A stretch of DNA of 54,089 bases, filler included, from Bipalium vagum (lineage: Eukaryota): NCBI GenBank assembly GCA_037834085.1. It is 3 parts of 3 records of this genome, joined end to end, with 100 filler letters (N's around TTAATTAATTAA, not from the genome) between each part and the next. Parts side by side here need not be neighbours in the genome. Positions count along the whole stretch, not along the records: positions 1 to 19,338 come from JBBMKC010004930.1; positions 19,439 to 37,694 come from JBBMKC010034606.1; 1 more part is not named here. The stretch is one strand, 5' to 3'. A program made the position numbers and the translations under genes. The notes under the pieces are model-generated. The model made no database searches. It had not been told where the DNA came from and saw only the letters and a program-made list of their open reading frames with translations. Of this stretch, positions 10,661-24,060 are shown in pieces (position 1 is the first letter of the stretch; every line of letters begins with the position of its first letter).

Positions 10661-12679
10661 TTTAAAATATTTATGTTACTTAAACTGAAGCAGGTTTTTT
10701 TTAGAATTTTATTTTATATTTGTAGACTCAGTCATTTTAGATAAAATGTACAAAAACAAAACAATTACTTTCAAAAAGTAAATAATGAATAAAATTAAGT
10801 AAAGCACAAAAAATATTAAGCGAGATTAGTTAATTCGAAAATAACTGAGTTTAAAATGTAGAATAGTTTATATAATTGGGGTCAATAATACTCCATATAT
10901 ATATATAAAATAATCCATAAATTAATAAAATAATTTCACGAAAATGTTTAGAATACTTAATTTATAATTATTTTTAAATATGAATATTCAATTTCCTGGT
11001 TTATATGGTTTATATTACTTAATAAAAACTTGAAAGATGCTCAAGATACTTTAATTTAAAGTCAGTTTATATTATTAAAAATTAAATAACATACAGATCC
11101 GAAGACAGAAAATATTAGGAAATCTGGAAGGAAATTAGGAATATAAGTCGTGTGTCACTAATATGTAAGATTACTCAAGACATCTGGATTTCGTTACCAT
11201 ATAGTAAAGAAAAAAATTTTTTGAGAGGAAGGTAACATTAGGAATCTAAGGAAAAGCTAAAATTAAAGTAAAGGATAATCCAACAATATCATCATGGGAA
11301 ATTATCGTAGTGTCCTGCGAGAAAACTGATTTAACAGAGGCGTCATCAGAGGAAGATATGGAATGGTTGTCAACGAAGAGAGCAAGGAAGAAGGAATACT
11401 AGAAGAATGAGTACACAAGCGAACTGAGGAAACCATGCAAGAAAAGACAAGGAGATACTTAAGTTAAGAATGAGGAACTATCTTGAAAATGTCCACGTAC
11501 GAGTAACCAATGAGGAAGAGAAGAAAATGAAGTCATTGAGAGAATATTACTTATTCAATCCCCCAAAAAAGTGAATTTTATAAATTTTATTTTAATTTCC
11601 GTAAATCTTTTTATTTCTACTTGACATATTTTAATTTGGAAAACTATTCAATTTTGAAATTGGAAATCTTACAAAAGATAAAAAATTATTGCTTCTATTG
11701 CATTTAAAGATTTTAAACAAAATCGAAAAGGCAGAACTCGAATATGGTACGGTTTAAGAATAATGTCAAGCTTATGATGTAAGTAAAAGCTGTCAGAAAA
11801 CATCTGAACAAGTTCTTTTACTGTAGAAAATTTGATAGGTTGTGTTTTTACCATTATGATGATATTTAAAATAAAATAAATATTACAATATATTATTAAT
11901 AATTATGTAATATAATAATAATTTCCTTAGTGCTCTGAATGGAGTTAGAGAAGTGCATTTAAAGAATTAAGTGCGTCAAGACTACATCTCAATTCTTTGA
12001 GTTTCCATTGGCCTCCCAGAGTTGAGAAGCAGAATTCATAGAAGTAATCTAAGGTAAGAAAAATAGCAGTGACAATAAATTTGTTAACTAAAAATTTTGA
12101 GGATAGTAATAATAAAAAAAATTCCTGTATTAGGCAAGTATAATAATGAAACTAACCGCCGTTGCGAAACCAATTTTTCAAAAGAATTTTAAGGTTCTCA
12201 TTGGCATTTGAAGAGTTCAGTCAGTCTACGAAGTCCAGTTATCAATAAGAAATTTAAAAAGAAGTGTACAATGTTGATAGCACAATCAATTCTGAATCTT
12301 TACTAATAGATGCAAAATGAAATCATGCATTCTGCAACAAGATATACTATACTCAAAAATCTTCATGAAAGTTTAAATGTTGGTAAAATCAACGTGTAAA
12401 AATTAAATGCTTTTGGTGACAGTCTAACTCCAGTAGTCACTTGTTATGAACTATTCCACTCAATTTCATGAATTAAACATTAATGATCTAAGATTTTTCA
12501 ACCTTTGAATAAGGAGGAATCCAAAAAATTTCTGTAAATATCTGGATGTATTAATTGACCAATTCACAAGCAGAATTTTGGTCAACTAGAGAAGAAACAA
12601 TAACTTCTCTTTTCAACACGAAGCCTGGAATTTTCAAGCGATTAAAAAATAAAAACAGTGAAATGCATATAGATTTGTT

Positions 12680-13640
12680 TATTCAATTAAGTAGTCACCA
12701 TGGCATTCAAGATATTTATGTCAGCTAATTAGCAGGTTTTGAATACCATTAGTATAAAAATTTGGTTTTCAGATTTGAAAAGATTTTCTTGATCAGAAAA
12801 TTATCGAGATGCTTAAAGAAATAGTAATCTGTTGGTGTTATGCCTGGAGAATACGGTAGATGATGCAGACTTGATATCCACAGTTTAGTTAAGTTTCGGA
12901 TACTTGTGGTCATACAGAAGGATTATTACTTTCCTATTGATCACTCAAGGCTGTTTAATGCTTAATTTTTGGTGCATTATTTCTAGATCGGAGAATTATT
13001 TGTCTGTTGTGATTGTCTCACCAAGGTTTAATATTGAAAGATGTATGACAACAGACATGGATGAAGAGAAGATGTAATAATTACTACTTTCTGGTGGTGT
13101 AGATTAGATTTCTAGCAAAGGAGTGAAGATTGATTGATATTCACCCATTGTCCTTGTCTTCGGCAATTGTAGAGAACACATTTTTCATCACTTTTTATGA
13201 TAAGACATAAACAGATAGTCTTTATTGAGTATAAGATTAGCACATTTTAACTCGCTTATTTCTTGTGATTTTTTCAAAAAATGTAGAACTAATGGTTGAA
13301 CCTTCTTAACCTTGTCTACCACTTTCAAATGTCTTACAATTTTTTGAGACTAACAATGACTATTTTAACAAGATCACAGAATTTTTGACTTGAATTTAAA
13401 TCAAATTTTGTCAGTAAGTAACACTTTTCAATGGCGCTTTGTGGGCATACGACAGTCTACATTTGATCGGTTTTTGACACCTTCCGTAGAATTTCACATA
13501 CCACTGCTAAATGATGCGTTTATTATCAGCAATTTTACAGAATGCCAAATTAATGTTTTAGCAGATTCCTAAGCTGCATGTCATAATTTCCAACCGTATA
13601 AATAAAGTTTGCTAATTTCTTTGTTTGCCAGTTTGCGTCA
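12680..13640 (-). mobile_element. Degenerate mariner
   Basis: Minus strand remnants IVRHLKVVDKVKK, DEKCVLYNC, YSPGITPTDYYFFKHLDNFLI. Confidence 0.8.
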
Positions 13641-13929
13641 TTCAAAATATATTTTAAGAATTTATTTGAAAATACCATATTTTAATATAAGGATTTCAAA
13701 ATGCAATATTATTTATTTTTGCAGCATTTTTGGAAAAAGGAAAGCTGTTGAAAAAACATATGTTAACAAAACCGAAAAAGAAAAGGATATTAAATTGAAA
13801 ACATTGGAAAACGTCGAAAATAATTAGAATACCTTAATAGTTAATAGATTGAATTTGAGAAAACCAATCGGATCGTATAAGCGTTATTAAAAGAAACTTG
13901 AAATGTTAGTGAATAAATATGAGAATACG

Positions 13930-15900
13930 TTCATGGTGGCTAATTAGGATATCATGTACACATATTGAAAACACAGAATCCAAACGAAGAACGTTCGAGT
14001 ACCACAATAATTATATAGTAATATACAAATCTTAGCGTCAGCTAATGCATCTAAAAGAAAACATCAATGAGGTAATGTACTCGAAAATAATATTATTGAT
14101 CGATGCAATTCAGCGGGAAACTCCCTTGTGGCCTGTGTTTAGAAAAAGGAAACAAAGATTTCAACGATTATTTTAGACTTTCAGACAATTAATTCCAAAT
14201 GCAGTTACTGTAAAATACTTAATAGATGATTGATAGGCTTGGTGGATCAAACTATTTTAGCTCAAATGATTTAGAAAAGCTTTATTATCCGATTGATCTT
14301 AAGTAATCTCAAGAAAAATAGCTTTTGCAACAAAAGAAAAACAATGTTATATGTACTGAATACCTCTAGTATTACTGCAACCAGGGTATTTTTATTTTTA
14401 CCAAAAATATTGAAGAACATTATTTCGTGCTGAAGGAAGTAATCAATAAAATATTGAAAGCTGGATTGAAAATAAATCAGAAATGTAAACTTTTGCAATG
14501 GTAAAAATTTCTATACCACGTGATTAACCAGAAAGGTGTTAAAATGGATCCAACAAAAGTTAAAGTTATTCAGATATTTGGAATACCAAAATTCGTCAAA
14601 ACAATGACAAGCTTCCCGTAAATTTGTAACTATTATCGTGATTTAATCAAATTTATGCCAAGATTTTGAGATCGGAATAAAAAATTTTCGAAAAAATGTC
14701 GGATAAATGTGAACAGGCGTTTAAAAACGTAAGGACAGTTTTAACCAACACACCTGCTTAAGGTTTCCAGCTTTGGAAGAGGAGTTCATTTTTGAGCTAG
14801 GTGCTTTGCTACAACTGGGCCTTTTTAAAAAGTAAGGCAATTTGTAATTTTGTAAGGCATTTTAGGGGCATATGGTTCGAATACAATGAATAAACATGAA
14901 GTTTAATATTGCATCGCTGACAAGGAATTAAAAGCAATCATTTAAGACCCTAGTTGAATGACAAGTCATTTCAGTATGATCAGATCATAAAGCCATTACT
15001 TTTAAGGTAATGACAAAGGAACAAATAAATCAGATTTTCCAAAATTGCATTAATTTTTTTAGTGAATTAGATATAAAATTTGAGTATAAAATTCTATGTC
15101 AAAAACAAAATAGAACTATTATATTCAAAGTCAAATTCCATGAAGACTCAAAAAATTTGAAAAATCTAGTAAGACAGGTTAGCCAACCCCTAAATTGCTA
15201 CGAAGAGAATGCTTTGAAAAATTGAAATATCAAAGAACCTACATTATAAGAAAATTTTGATTCAACGATCATGTTAAGGGAATTCATCATTTAGATACAT
15301 CAGATGTTGACATCTGTAAGAGCAGAAAAAGTAATTATCTGAGATAAAAATTCAACATATATCAGAGAAGCTATTGACGGTTGAGAGAACTGCTAAGAAA
15401 TGTGAAAAAACGAACAGTCATTTCAGATACATTCGTCAGAGCAGTTTGAAAAATATTTATTGATGTGTGAAAACATCAAATGACAAAAGACAGAAATATT
15501 TTATTAATTATTGATTATTTCAGACGATAAAAAAGCTAAATTAAATTACAAGACATGACGGACAACGCTTAAGGTGGAAAGTTGATTTTAGTATTTTGCA
15601 CTCCAAAGGAGACACACATCGACGATGTTAGCAGTCTTTGTTATTCACAATGTCAGAGATGTAGAAGAAACTGTCATCTAAATTAAGAATACTATACGAA
15701 CATAAATAAAAGAATAATAGATCAATTAAGAAGCAGGGATTTAATCAAGAAATGAATATTAATAGATAATCAGTGTTTCTTCGATCAAAAAACCGGCTCC
15801 AATAGTATGCAAGAGAGAGATAGCCATGTACCATTGATCGGAAACAATCATTCCAATAGGTCTGAGGAAGGCGGACTGCACAGAAAATGTTCAAATTTTA
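13930..15900 (+). mobile_element. Degenerate Ty3/Gypsy pol (RT, RNase H, probable integrase remnant)
   Basis: IIDRCNSAGNSLVACV*KK...LDFQTIN; MIDRLGGSNYFSSNDL; IFIFTKNIEEH...AGLKIN; GVKMDPTKV; CNYYRD; AYGS...DKELKAI; SDHKAI. Many stops and frameshifts. Confidence 0.85.
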
Positions 15901-16509
15901 AAATATTGAATGCAGAGTATAAAAAGTTAAGTCAGAGATTGAAAATTTTTATTTTCAAATAATTCAAATTATAATATGATTTTTAATAATAATATTAATT
16001 TATTATAATTAAATAATTAAATGAAATCATAAAATAAAAAAGAATTGAAAATTTCATGGTTTAATAATGATGGACATAAAAAATTTTATTTAAATAATTT
16101 TAAGATGAGTAAAAGAATGTTCCATAATCTTATTTCTGCTCAAAACAAAGACAGATTTGTGAAAAAAGTTACATTTGATGAATTATGGATTTTACCAAAA
16201 ATATTTTTTAACACAATCAATTTGTACCCGGATAGAGAAAGCCTGAAAATCTCTAGTTGTGGAAAAATTTCATTTGTCTCTTAATTGTAGATTAATTTTA
16301 TCTTCAAAACAGAAATAATATTAATTGAATGTTAATTTGATATCATAGATATTGAAAGATAAAAATATGAAATTACAAAGATATTTAGTTCTATCACAAA
16401 AACAGTATTTAAAAAAATTAAAATTGTATTCCGAGAATAAAACTTAATTAATGGTGATTAGTTAGAACGTAATAAAATTAAAAAAAAATTGTCTATAATA
16501 TGCAATATA

Positions 16510-17300
16510 TTAGGACGGATGTAGACTAAAAGATTTAATATTTATTTTACGACAAACTAATTAAAATTAAAGTATTTTCCATCGTTAAAATGACTTTCTC
16601 TCATAAATCTGGTAACATAGATATTCCGGGACGATAAAATGATTTTTCTTTAGAATGAATTCAATCGGATACCAAATTATGAATATTTTCGTAGTTGAAT
16701 TGAATATATTCAGAGAATGTCATATTGACCTGAATAAATAAAAATCTGTTGGACCTATGTATGAAGAACAAGTTGGGTGCAGAGGGATTTCCTATTTCAG
16801 GTCAGTCTGTTTGACAATTGATGAAAGATATGGTCTCGCATTGTAATGCAAAAGAATAACTTTGTGTCGATTACTGGTTAATGTAGACCTTGTTTAAATC
16901 AATTCATCATTTAATCGTTCTATTTGATTCTGATCTTTACCCCGTAACTGTTTACTTCAATTTTAAAAGTTCGTGGTGCACAAGGTCAATATCCTACCAA
17001 ATACTATGATTATCTTATCATAATTATTGCGCTTTATGTTGTCTGTCCTGGATCAAGCCGTGATTTCTTTTTTTAAGGTTTTTGGAAATAAATCAAATTT
17101 TTATTGCTTGTAAAAATTCGCCGATGACTTGGTTTTCCTTCTTGTAAGTAAAGATGTGGCAATATTTAGACGCATACGGATATCTCTTTCACTTAAATTA
17201 TGAAAGGCCCATTTTCCACTCTTTATTTGTTCCTCAAGCATTTCATTTTCTGCATATATCAAACTGAAAACATAATTTTTGAAATTTAACTTTGACATTC
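16510..17300 (-). mobile_element. Degenerate mariner
   Basis: KSGKWAFHNLSE (WVPHEL-like), LHYNARPY, HPTCSSYIGPTDFYLFRSI, and a frameshifted EKVI..NDGKYF tail. Confidence 0.8.
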
Positions 17301-18769
17301 ATTTTTTGAGGTTTTTAAAAGTGGTTATTTAAACAAATAGCATTTCTAAACCTATATAAACTTACATGAGATATTCAGATGTTTGACAAAATTGATATCT
17401 TAACTTAATTTCAAATATATCGAATTTTATTGCTTATTTTAATTTTAGACGACAAGTTTTAGACCTCATGATAGAATAATATGTAAGTCAAAGGAATTAA
17501 TATATAATGCAAATAAATCCTAGCACTATATTCTTTTTTAAATTCAATGTGAAATCTTATTACAATAGTATTGATTTAGAGAAATTTTTGAAGCTTTACA
17601 GCACTTTACAGGCTTAGAGTAAATATTATAGTCTTTATGAAAAGTATGAATCAATAAAAAATAAATTATCAAAAATTTGAAAAAAGAAAGGAATTTCTAA
17701 AAATATCAATTGAAATCACAATAAAAGCTGCTTTTGAGTTATAGAAACTAGTTCTACTGACAAAATAATCGGAAAGACTCCCTCCTTCATAATAAACAAA
17801 TGATAGATGACATAAAAAGATAAGTAAATAATAAACACCACAATATATCCACACAATTGTCACAATTAATTTATTTTCACAAATTTGTAATTAAGTTTTA
17901 AAAACTTCATTCATTTTGACTTATATTTAAAAATTATGGTGTTAAGATATAAGTAACACTGTTAAACGACCTTAATTTCTATAAATGTCAACATTAAGGA
18001 CCTGACTTCCAATCTTATAGTTTTGTTCGCTAATAATCAACTCCCTTTTATAAACCAATGTGTAAGTCTGTATTTATTCAAACGAAGCACAGCAAAGCAA
18101 CAGCCGTAATGTATTAGATAGTGTCTCAAGATTCTCTTCAAATTATCACCAATGTTTCGGAATAAAAATCTCTAGATCTCAATGAAAATGAAATCAAATA
18201 AAATTGGCAACAATTATTATGAATCGATTTTTAAAATTATTTATAATTACAAGAAGAAATAAACAACAACTTTAACTTATTTCGGTTCTGGCCTCTCAAT
18301 ATTCTACCCGGGTCTTTTATGATATCCGCTAGTTATTCAGCTCACTCAGGGTCAAACCGCACTTACTGAAATAACTCAGTATCCAAAAACCAAAAGTATT
18401 TACTGTGACAATAACACACTTTTCCAATTTACATTCGTACAACTTGCGTAAATGTTTTCCGCAACAGAATCCGAAAAAAATATTAATATTGAAATATTTG
18501 TCTCTGCTTCTACTTGTGAGATATCGTTTTCATACCATTCTTCGACAAAATCTGATCACAGGTTCACAGAACGGGAGATATAATAATTTGGATTCAGTCC
18601 TAATCATGACAATTAAAAATTATTTTTCAGCCCTCTGTAGCGCAAATTACTTAATCAGATAAAAACAAAACATCTGATTCAGATACAATCTTCCCACTAT
18701 TAATATTTTTATTAATGATAGTTACAATCAATTTTCATCAGATATTTTAAAGATAAATGAATAAACAAG

Positions 18770-19265
18770 AATCACAATTGGTACGAGGGTGCTGCGAAAT
18801 GTGCCCAAGTACTAATAATGCACTGGAAGCGTCTAATTTAGTAATCAAAGATGAGCATAGAAGAACGAATATCTCTGAATTAAATTTGGCATTGGAGAGG
18901 GTAAAAAAGTGATCAATGGAATATGTAAATAAATTAAAGACAATTTAAAATGTCCAGTTATTACATTAGATACTTGGATAGATGCTTACAGATGGGTCAA
19001 AGAAAATAAAAAAGTTATGTAAAAAAAACTGAAATTTTTACCTGTTACTATGTCCCGGCAGTCCTAATAATATATTAGATAAAAGTTCAAAACCAGAAAA
19101 TTGGAGAACTTTTGAAGACTTTTTACTAAACATGTTTAAGATGTTGACGGTTTAATTACCGAAAGATGTCCAGGAAAATGGATTTATGACACTTGTAATT
19201 GCCAGAAATTCATTAAAAATATTCAATGTAAACATTTAATTGATATGGCTATCTGTATAAAATAT
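18770..19265 (+). mobile_element. MULE/Mutator-like transposase remnant with SWIM zinc finger
   Basis: WYEGAA..PSTNNALEASNLVIKDEH and WIYDTCNCQKFIKNIQCKHLI (CxCxnCxH). Confidence 0.75.
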
Positions 19266-19338
19266 TAGGGTGAACCATAAGTTTTTTCGTTTTTTTGTTT
19301 AAGTATTTCAAAGTATTTTTTTCAATTGATAGAAATAT

Positions 19339-19438
19339 NNNNNNNNNNNNNNNNNNNNNNNNNNNNNNNNNNNNNNNNNNNNTTAATTAATTAANNNNNN
19401 NNNNNNNNNNNNNNNNNNNNNNNNNNNNNNNNNNNNNN
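19339..19438. other. Assembly gap with artificial six-frame-stop linker (N44-TTAATTAATTAA-N44)
   Basis: Identical 100-bp structure at 37695-37794. Confidence 0.97.
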
Positions 19439-19565
19439 CCTGAAAGGTGGGCAAAGGTTGTAGCTTCTAATGGAACATATTTTCAATAAATGTTTTTAAA
19501 TAAAATTTGTAATAACTGTCTTTGTTTTCTTATTAAAAAAGCCGGAGTCATAGTTGTATACTTAA
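19439..19565 (+). mobile_element. 3' end and TIR of mariner, same family as 40918-41492
   Basis: cctgaaaggtgggcaaaggttgtagcttc...ggagtcat..ttgta.acttaa|ta is closely similar to 41366-41492. Confidence 0.9.
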
Positions 19566-20852
19566 TATTATAAATTTATTATTTATTTACTATTCTCCAT
19601 TATTATTATTTTTCATTCTTGCTTGAAAGATAGTCGAAAGTCATCAATTGGGAAGAAATTGGGAAGAAATTTCGAATGGTTGTTTTTTAAGTATTTACTT
19701 TTACAACAGTCTAAGTTAAACTTGTACACTCAAAACTTTAAAAATCAAACAAATGAGTTCATTTTCCGAATAATATCCTATACAAAACAAAATCAATTAA
19801 ATTTTAATTGCCACGGATCTTCCACGAGACGAGTTGTTTTAACTATTTAAAAAAAGAAAATAACTTTTGAAGATGAAAGCTGAGCTAAATAGATCGGTTT
19901 TCTGTTAATTTGAGATATGTCTAGTGTGATTGTTCGATTAATTTTCTCTTAAGCAAATAAACATTACTAAATTTTTCATATTTAATTTCATATTGATTGT
20001 TTATTAAGTCTTTAAAAAATCTATCTCAATTTTATTTTGATTAATTAATACTTTTTCAAATATTGTTTATTATTTCATTAAAACTATAATCAATAACAAT
20101 AAGTATTAACCAACGGATTATTTTATTGATTCGCGTTTGATTTCTTTCGATAAAACAAAGTCGTCTTATTTCACTTATTTTTTATGGTGTACAATTAAAA
20201 CTTATTTAAAAATTGTTTTTTTACTTATCTGAATTTGTATTGGATTGCGATTTTTAAATTTGATCTTATCAAGATTTAATTTTAAATGAGATTACGTCGG
20301 TTTTTTAATTTAAATAGAATTTATTTATTATTATGATTATGATTATTATTAATTATTATATATTAATTTTAAATTTATTAAATAGATTTATTTCTTTTAT
20401 ATAAAAATTATTTTATATTATTTAAAAATTTATATTTCTTTTTTATAAAAATAATGCTAGTAAGCGGTATGCATAAACTTATAATAATTATAATGGAAAT
20501 AAATTTTTTACATTGATTGTCAATCATTAATGAAAGATTAATTTAATTATAAATTAGTATACCACTGTCAATAGTCAATAGAATAATCTTTATTAAGTTT
20601 TTCGATAATTGTCGGATAAATCAATTTTTTTCAGTAAATTAATTATTTTTTAAATAAAAATTTTATTTTTTGTAGTTAATTTTTAAAAAATATTTTAATT
20701 TTATGATTAAAATTATTTCTCGTTTTTAATTTATTTACTAAATGAGTCTTTATTTTGCTTGAATTGTTATTAAAGAATTAATTTTCATAAATATTTTTAT
20801 TAAAATAAATAAACATTTAAATTATTATTGACACTGTTAGGTTCAAATAAAT

Positions 20853-20924
20853 TGGAGACACCGGGATTCGAACCCGGGACCTTTCACATGCGCATGGACT
20901 GCTCTACCGCTGAGCTACGTCCCC
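20853..20924 (-). tRNA. tRNA-Ala(CGC)-like gene with disrupted anticodon stem (pseudogene or non-canonical tRNA)
   Basis: GGGGACG TA GCTC AGCGGTA GAGC A GTCCA TG CGC AT GTGAA AGGTC CCGGG TTCGAAT CCCGG TGTCTCC A. Acceptor stem (G3:U70), D arm, T arm and A/B boxes intact; only 2 of 5 anticodon-stem pairs form; G at position 33. Confidence 0.85.
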
Positions 20925-22211
20925 CATTCATTTGTCATCTAAACTTACAGACACTAAAATATTTACTCTGGAAATTACCGACAATAATTTTAATTATTTA
21001 TATTGAAATATTCATTTTACAAAGTTTTAATAAAATTATTTTTTAAAATATAATTATAATTTAAGTTTATAAAGAAATTAATCCCGTTTTTCTGAAAATG
21101 TTAAATACGAATTTGAATGGAATTAAAACTAATTCCGAATTTCAAATAATAATTTCAAGTAGGAAAAAATATTTTTATTATTATTATGAGTTAAATCTTA
21201 AAAATTATTTTTGAATTGATTTTAAAGATTATTTTTCGAAAAATTATTGGTAACTTTTTGTATAAAATATAAACTTTGAATGAAATTTATGATAATGATT
21301 GAAATACATAAAATAAGATTAAAAAAGTAATACATATTTTCGTAAATTGAGTGTATTAAGAAATATTTTATTGTAAAATTCACTTAACTTGTTTTTCATT
21401 GATTTATGTTTTTAAATTAAATAATAATCTTCCCCTCCCATTATTTATAGATTTTTAAAAATTATATTAAATAAATAAATTGTTCCGGATTTTTTAACTA
21501 TAGATTTTGAAATTCCAATTTGTACAAGCTGAAATTTAAAATTGGCCATCATTGTCCTTTATCCATAAGCCCACAAATAAAAATTAACTTGCATAATTCT
21601 GATCGATAAATAGTGAAGTGCCACTCACTTTTTCTTGTACAAGGTGTATAATATATTTAAGAATTATCATACAAATGTCAGTCTCACTACACAAAGGTCA
21701 ATTGCACACATTGATCCATATAATGTACAATAACAATTAAATTTTGTTTTTTGATTCTTGTAATAAATATTATTCCAGCTTCCTTCAAAAAATCTATCCT
21801 TTCAATTCTCGTTATCCAAGAATTATATATGTAATGCGTTAAAAATTATATTAAGTAGACAAAATTTATTTATCACTAGTTAAATGGTTCCAGTCATTGA
21901 TTTTCACTAAATAATTTTTGTAGTGATTTTTTATTGGAAAGATGATATTGATGATTATTGATAAATAATCGTCAAATTGATTTGAGTAACATTTATTTTC
22001 TAAACATTTATTATTAAAATTACAATTCTTAAAATATTGAGTGTTCTAGTTGATGTGATATCAATATGAGACACTAAGTTTGTTTAATTTTATTATTGTT
22101 ACTATTTATTGTGTATGCATAAGTATTAATCTTGGTATTGTCTAAATAATCCAAATAATAATCTAAGCATTTTCACCAAATTGTATTTCGGTACTGTAAA
22201 TATTAAATTTT

Positions 22212-22650
22212 ATGAGTGGCGAGAAAACATATATTCCATATTGCATCAGATATTAGTTTCATCAGGACAAGAATATTGCTAAAGCATTTAAATTAATATG
22301 ATCTTCTTGGGCGCATGCAGTTTCTCACAGCACATGTAATTTTTGGTTCTGTAAGTTCGAAGAATAAAATTTTGATGTCATTGATCGATCCAGCATGATT
22401 GGTTCACGAAGGTTTGAACCTGGAAACTTGGAAGATGCTTAGTGAGAATACTACCCAGACTCAAACAGAAATCGTCTAACAAATGGAAGTCAACCAAGCA
22501 ATTGTTATCAGACGTTACACAAATGGGAAAATTCTATAATTGGTAAGTAAATGCCTCATAAACTTCCACCAAGCAATCTTTTATGCTAGGTATCAACATG
22601 GGTGTCGCCTCTCTCTTGATACTAAAAAAGACTTATGGAATATTGTCACT
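22212..22650 (+). mobile_element. Degenerate mariner 5' fragment
   Basis: MSGEKTYIPYCIRY*FHQDKN...STCNFWFCKFEE*NFDVID...GK*MPHKL. Confidence 0.75.
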
Positions 22651-22769
22651 GTAGCCCATGTATTCCAAATTTGTTATTATCTTATTAGCTAGATTAAATT
22701 AATTTTATGATAATAATAATATTAATAATTAATTATTATCTCATCTGAGAGATAAGGTTATTATTATTA

Positions 22770-23730
22770 CTGGGTGCGAGAAAAGTTTGGAAGCTTAAAA
22801 TGAATTTTATTTGACGATATTTATTTTAATTATAAATAATAATAAATGTGTTACAAGATAAAGGAATACATAAAATTTTATTTATAGTCTTTTTTAAAAT
22901 ATCTTTTGATACCAGCAAGAAGATACCGTGGAAATTGGTCGATTGAAGCGCATACTGTTTTTTCGTCTATTTGATTCCAAGCCCTTAACAAATCGCACTT
23001 TAAGGACCCAACCGGTTTGTGGCACTTTGCACAACCCCTTGCTTCGAGAATTCTTCATATTGCGTAGTCGAGAGGATTTAAATCTGGCGAATGATTTCGC
23101 TTACATAATTCTGTGCATTTATTTTGATGCCTTGTTCTATGAAAATCAGATTAGTTTTCTCTGAAAATGATACTCCAGTCCAAATCACGACTCCAGATGG
23201 TTTCTGATTGCGAGTGAGGATACTTCATGTTTTGGTAGCAGCTGATGTATTAGGAGCAAGTGTCCTATCATTTTGGACGTTGTGAGCTTGGTCTACGGCA
23301 AAAAACATTTAATCAGAAAAAAGTACTTTTCGATGAAATTGAGCACCGAGTTTACGCAGTTTCTGTTTTTTTCATTCAGATGTTGGCCTTTTCAGATCTT
23401 TAAATACTTGAGTTGTAGTTCATTTTTAACAATGTTGCGGACGCTGAACTCGGATGTTTAAATTTCTTTAGCCTTTTTCTTCATTGACCGCCGAGGATTG
23501 CGCCTAATGCGATCATGAAAGATTTTTCCGGATGTGCGGGTTATATGTATTGCATGGTCTTTCGCTTCGTGATCACTGATATTCCTTAAATCTTTTAATC
23601 GTCTGAATGATTTCGAAATTACGGATTTCTCAATATTCAGAAAGCATTACTAACTCGATCTAGCTTTTGTTTTGTTGATGTAAATTAGTTATGCAAGAAC
23701 TAATACTTTTCTTATCACCTGACATCTAAA
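22770..23730 (-). mobile_element. Degenerate maT-type (DD37D family) element
   Basis: Minus strand KVLFSD*MFFAVDQAHNVQNDR...KPSGVVIWTGVS...SPDLNPLDYAI*RILEARV; TIR-like start (TA)CTGGGTGCGAGAAAAGTT. Confidence 0.85.
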
Positions 23731-23943
23731 ATAAAAAATACGAATTCGAAATTGTTACGTGGTGTACCACATAAGTAGTGAGCCTAATTAGAAATATTAA
23801 TGTAAATTTTAAAAATATTAATAATTATTAATAATATTAGTAATTATATAAAGTGAAATATATTATAGGTAAATATAAAATATTTAATTAGTATATAATT
23901 TTATGTTTATCAGGTAAATCGCGGTTTTTTAAAATTTCTTTAG

Positions 23944-24060
23944 AAAATGTGCAATATCGGAGCGATATTCGTTTCCTGTATTTGAAGGAAAAAAGTCGAG
24001 GAGAAATTCAAAAGGAATTAGATGATGTTTACGGTGAACAACGTCTTTCATGGGCTAAAA
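23944..24060 (+). mobile_element. Mariner (irritans-type) N-terminal remnant
   Basis: ENVQYRSDIRFLYLKEKSRGEIQKELDDVYGEQ. Confidence 0.7.

Noticed and set aside
17950-18700. Possible minus-strand LTR with CA-TTGGTGA PBS-like junction near 18150
   Set aside because: No second LTR, no clear boundaries and no tRNA-complementary extension verified.
19383-19394. TTAATTAATTAA palindrome inside N runs (also 37739-37750)
   Set aside because: Artificial six-frame stop linker from scaffolding; identical N44-12-N44 layout twice.
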